From: Eledone cirrhosa
Taxonomy: Eukaryota
Direction: 5' to 3'
Assembly (NCBI GenBank): GCA_964016885.1
Contig: OZ024740.1
Location: 364,622,001 to 364,686,000 of the forward strand
DNA: 64,000 nucleotides
How positions within the stretch are numbered: position 1 is the stretch's first letter; each line of letters begins with the position of its first letter. A program made the position numbers and the translations under genes. Below the pieces are notes generated by a model that made no database searches, had not been told where the DNA came from, and saw only the letters and a program-made list of their open reading frames with translations. Below, piece after piece: positions 63,839 through 64,000 of the stretch.

Positions 63839-63890
63839 CAGATGATCCTGCTTAGGGTGAAAGCAGAAATTATTTGTTTAAACTTTTAAG
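63839..63890 (+). ncRNA. Hammerhead-like motif, CAGANGA variant (family H2), 5' stem missing
   Basis: CAGATGA-TCCTGCTTAGGGT-GAAA-GCAGAAATTATTTGT-TT-AAACTT. Confidence 0.5.
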
Positions 63891-63904
63891 CTGTGATAAT
63901 AACT

Positions 63905-64000
63905 ACTTTTGCACAAGGCCAGCAATTATCCCAGTGCATTACTGGTACTTTATTTTATCAACCCGTAAGGATGAAAGTCAAAGTTAACCTCGCCGGGATT
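63905..64000 (-). mobile_element. SINE family B, running off the window end
   Basis: GCACAAGGCCAGCAATT...GTAAGGATGAAAGTCAAAGTTAACCTCGCCGGGATT. Confidence 0.8.

Overview
AT-rich, microsatellite-dense animal DNA with no host protein-coding gene that I can support. The SINE and RTE families and the (TA)n/(CAT)n load suggest a cephalopod, probably octopus (inference). It contains: 5'-truncated RTE-clade LINEs of at least four families, two with a PHD-type C4HC3 finger inside the RT; tRNA-derived SINEs sharing RTE tails; TTAA, Tc1-like and Helitron-like non-autonomous elements; a CRE-like remnant; a decayed Penelope-like GIY-YIG remnant; a ~15 kb block of three adjacent tandem arrays (48, 51 and ~21 bp units); and a 78-bp higher-order repeat. 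The most striking signal is invisible to the ORF track. More than ten type I hammerhead-ribozyme motifs of several sequence families (CUGANGA-stem II-GAAA-short, often palindromic stem III-UH, closed by stem I) sit in short non-coding cassettes, many with long fold-back arms, inserted at (TA)n tracts. They look like a population of Penelope-derived or retrozyme-like elements. All folds were read by eye and coordinates are approximate to a few bases. The very long ORFs at 35.7-51 kb are tandem-repeat artefacts.
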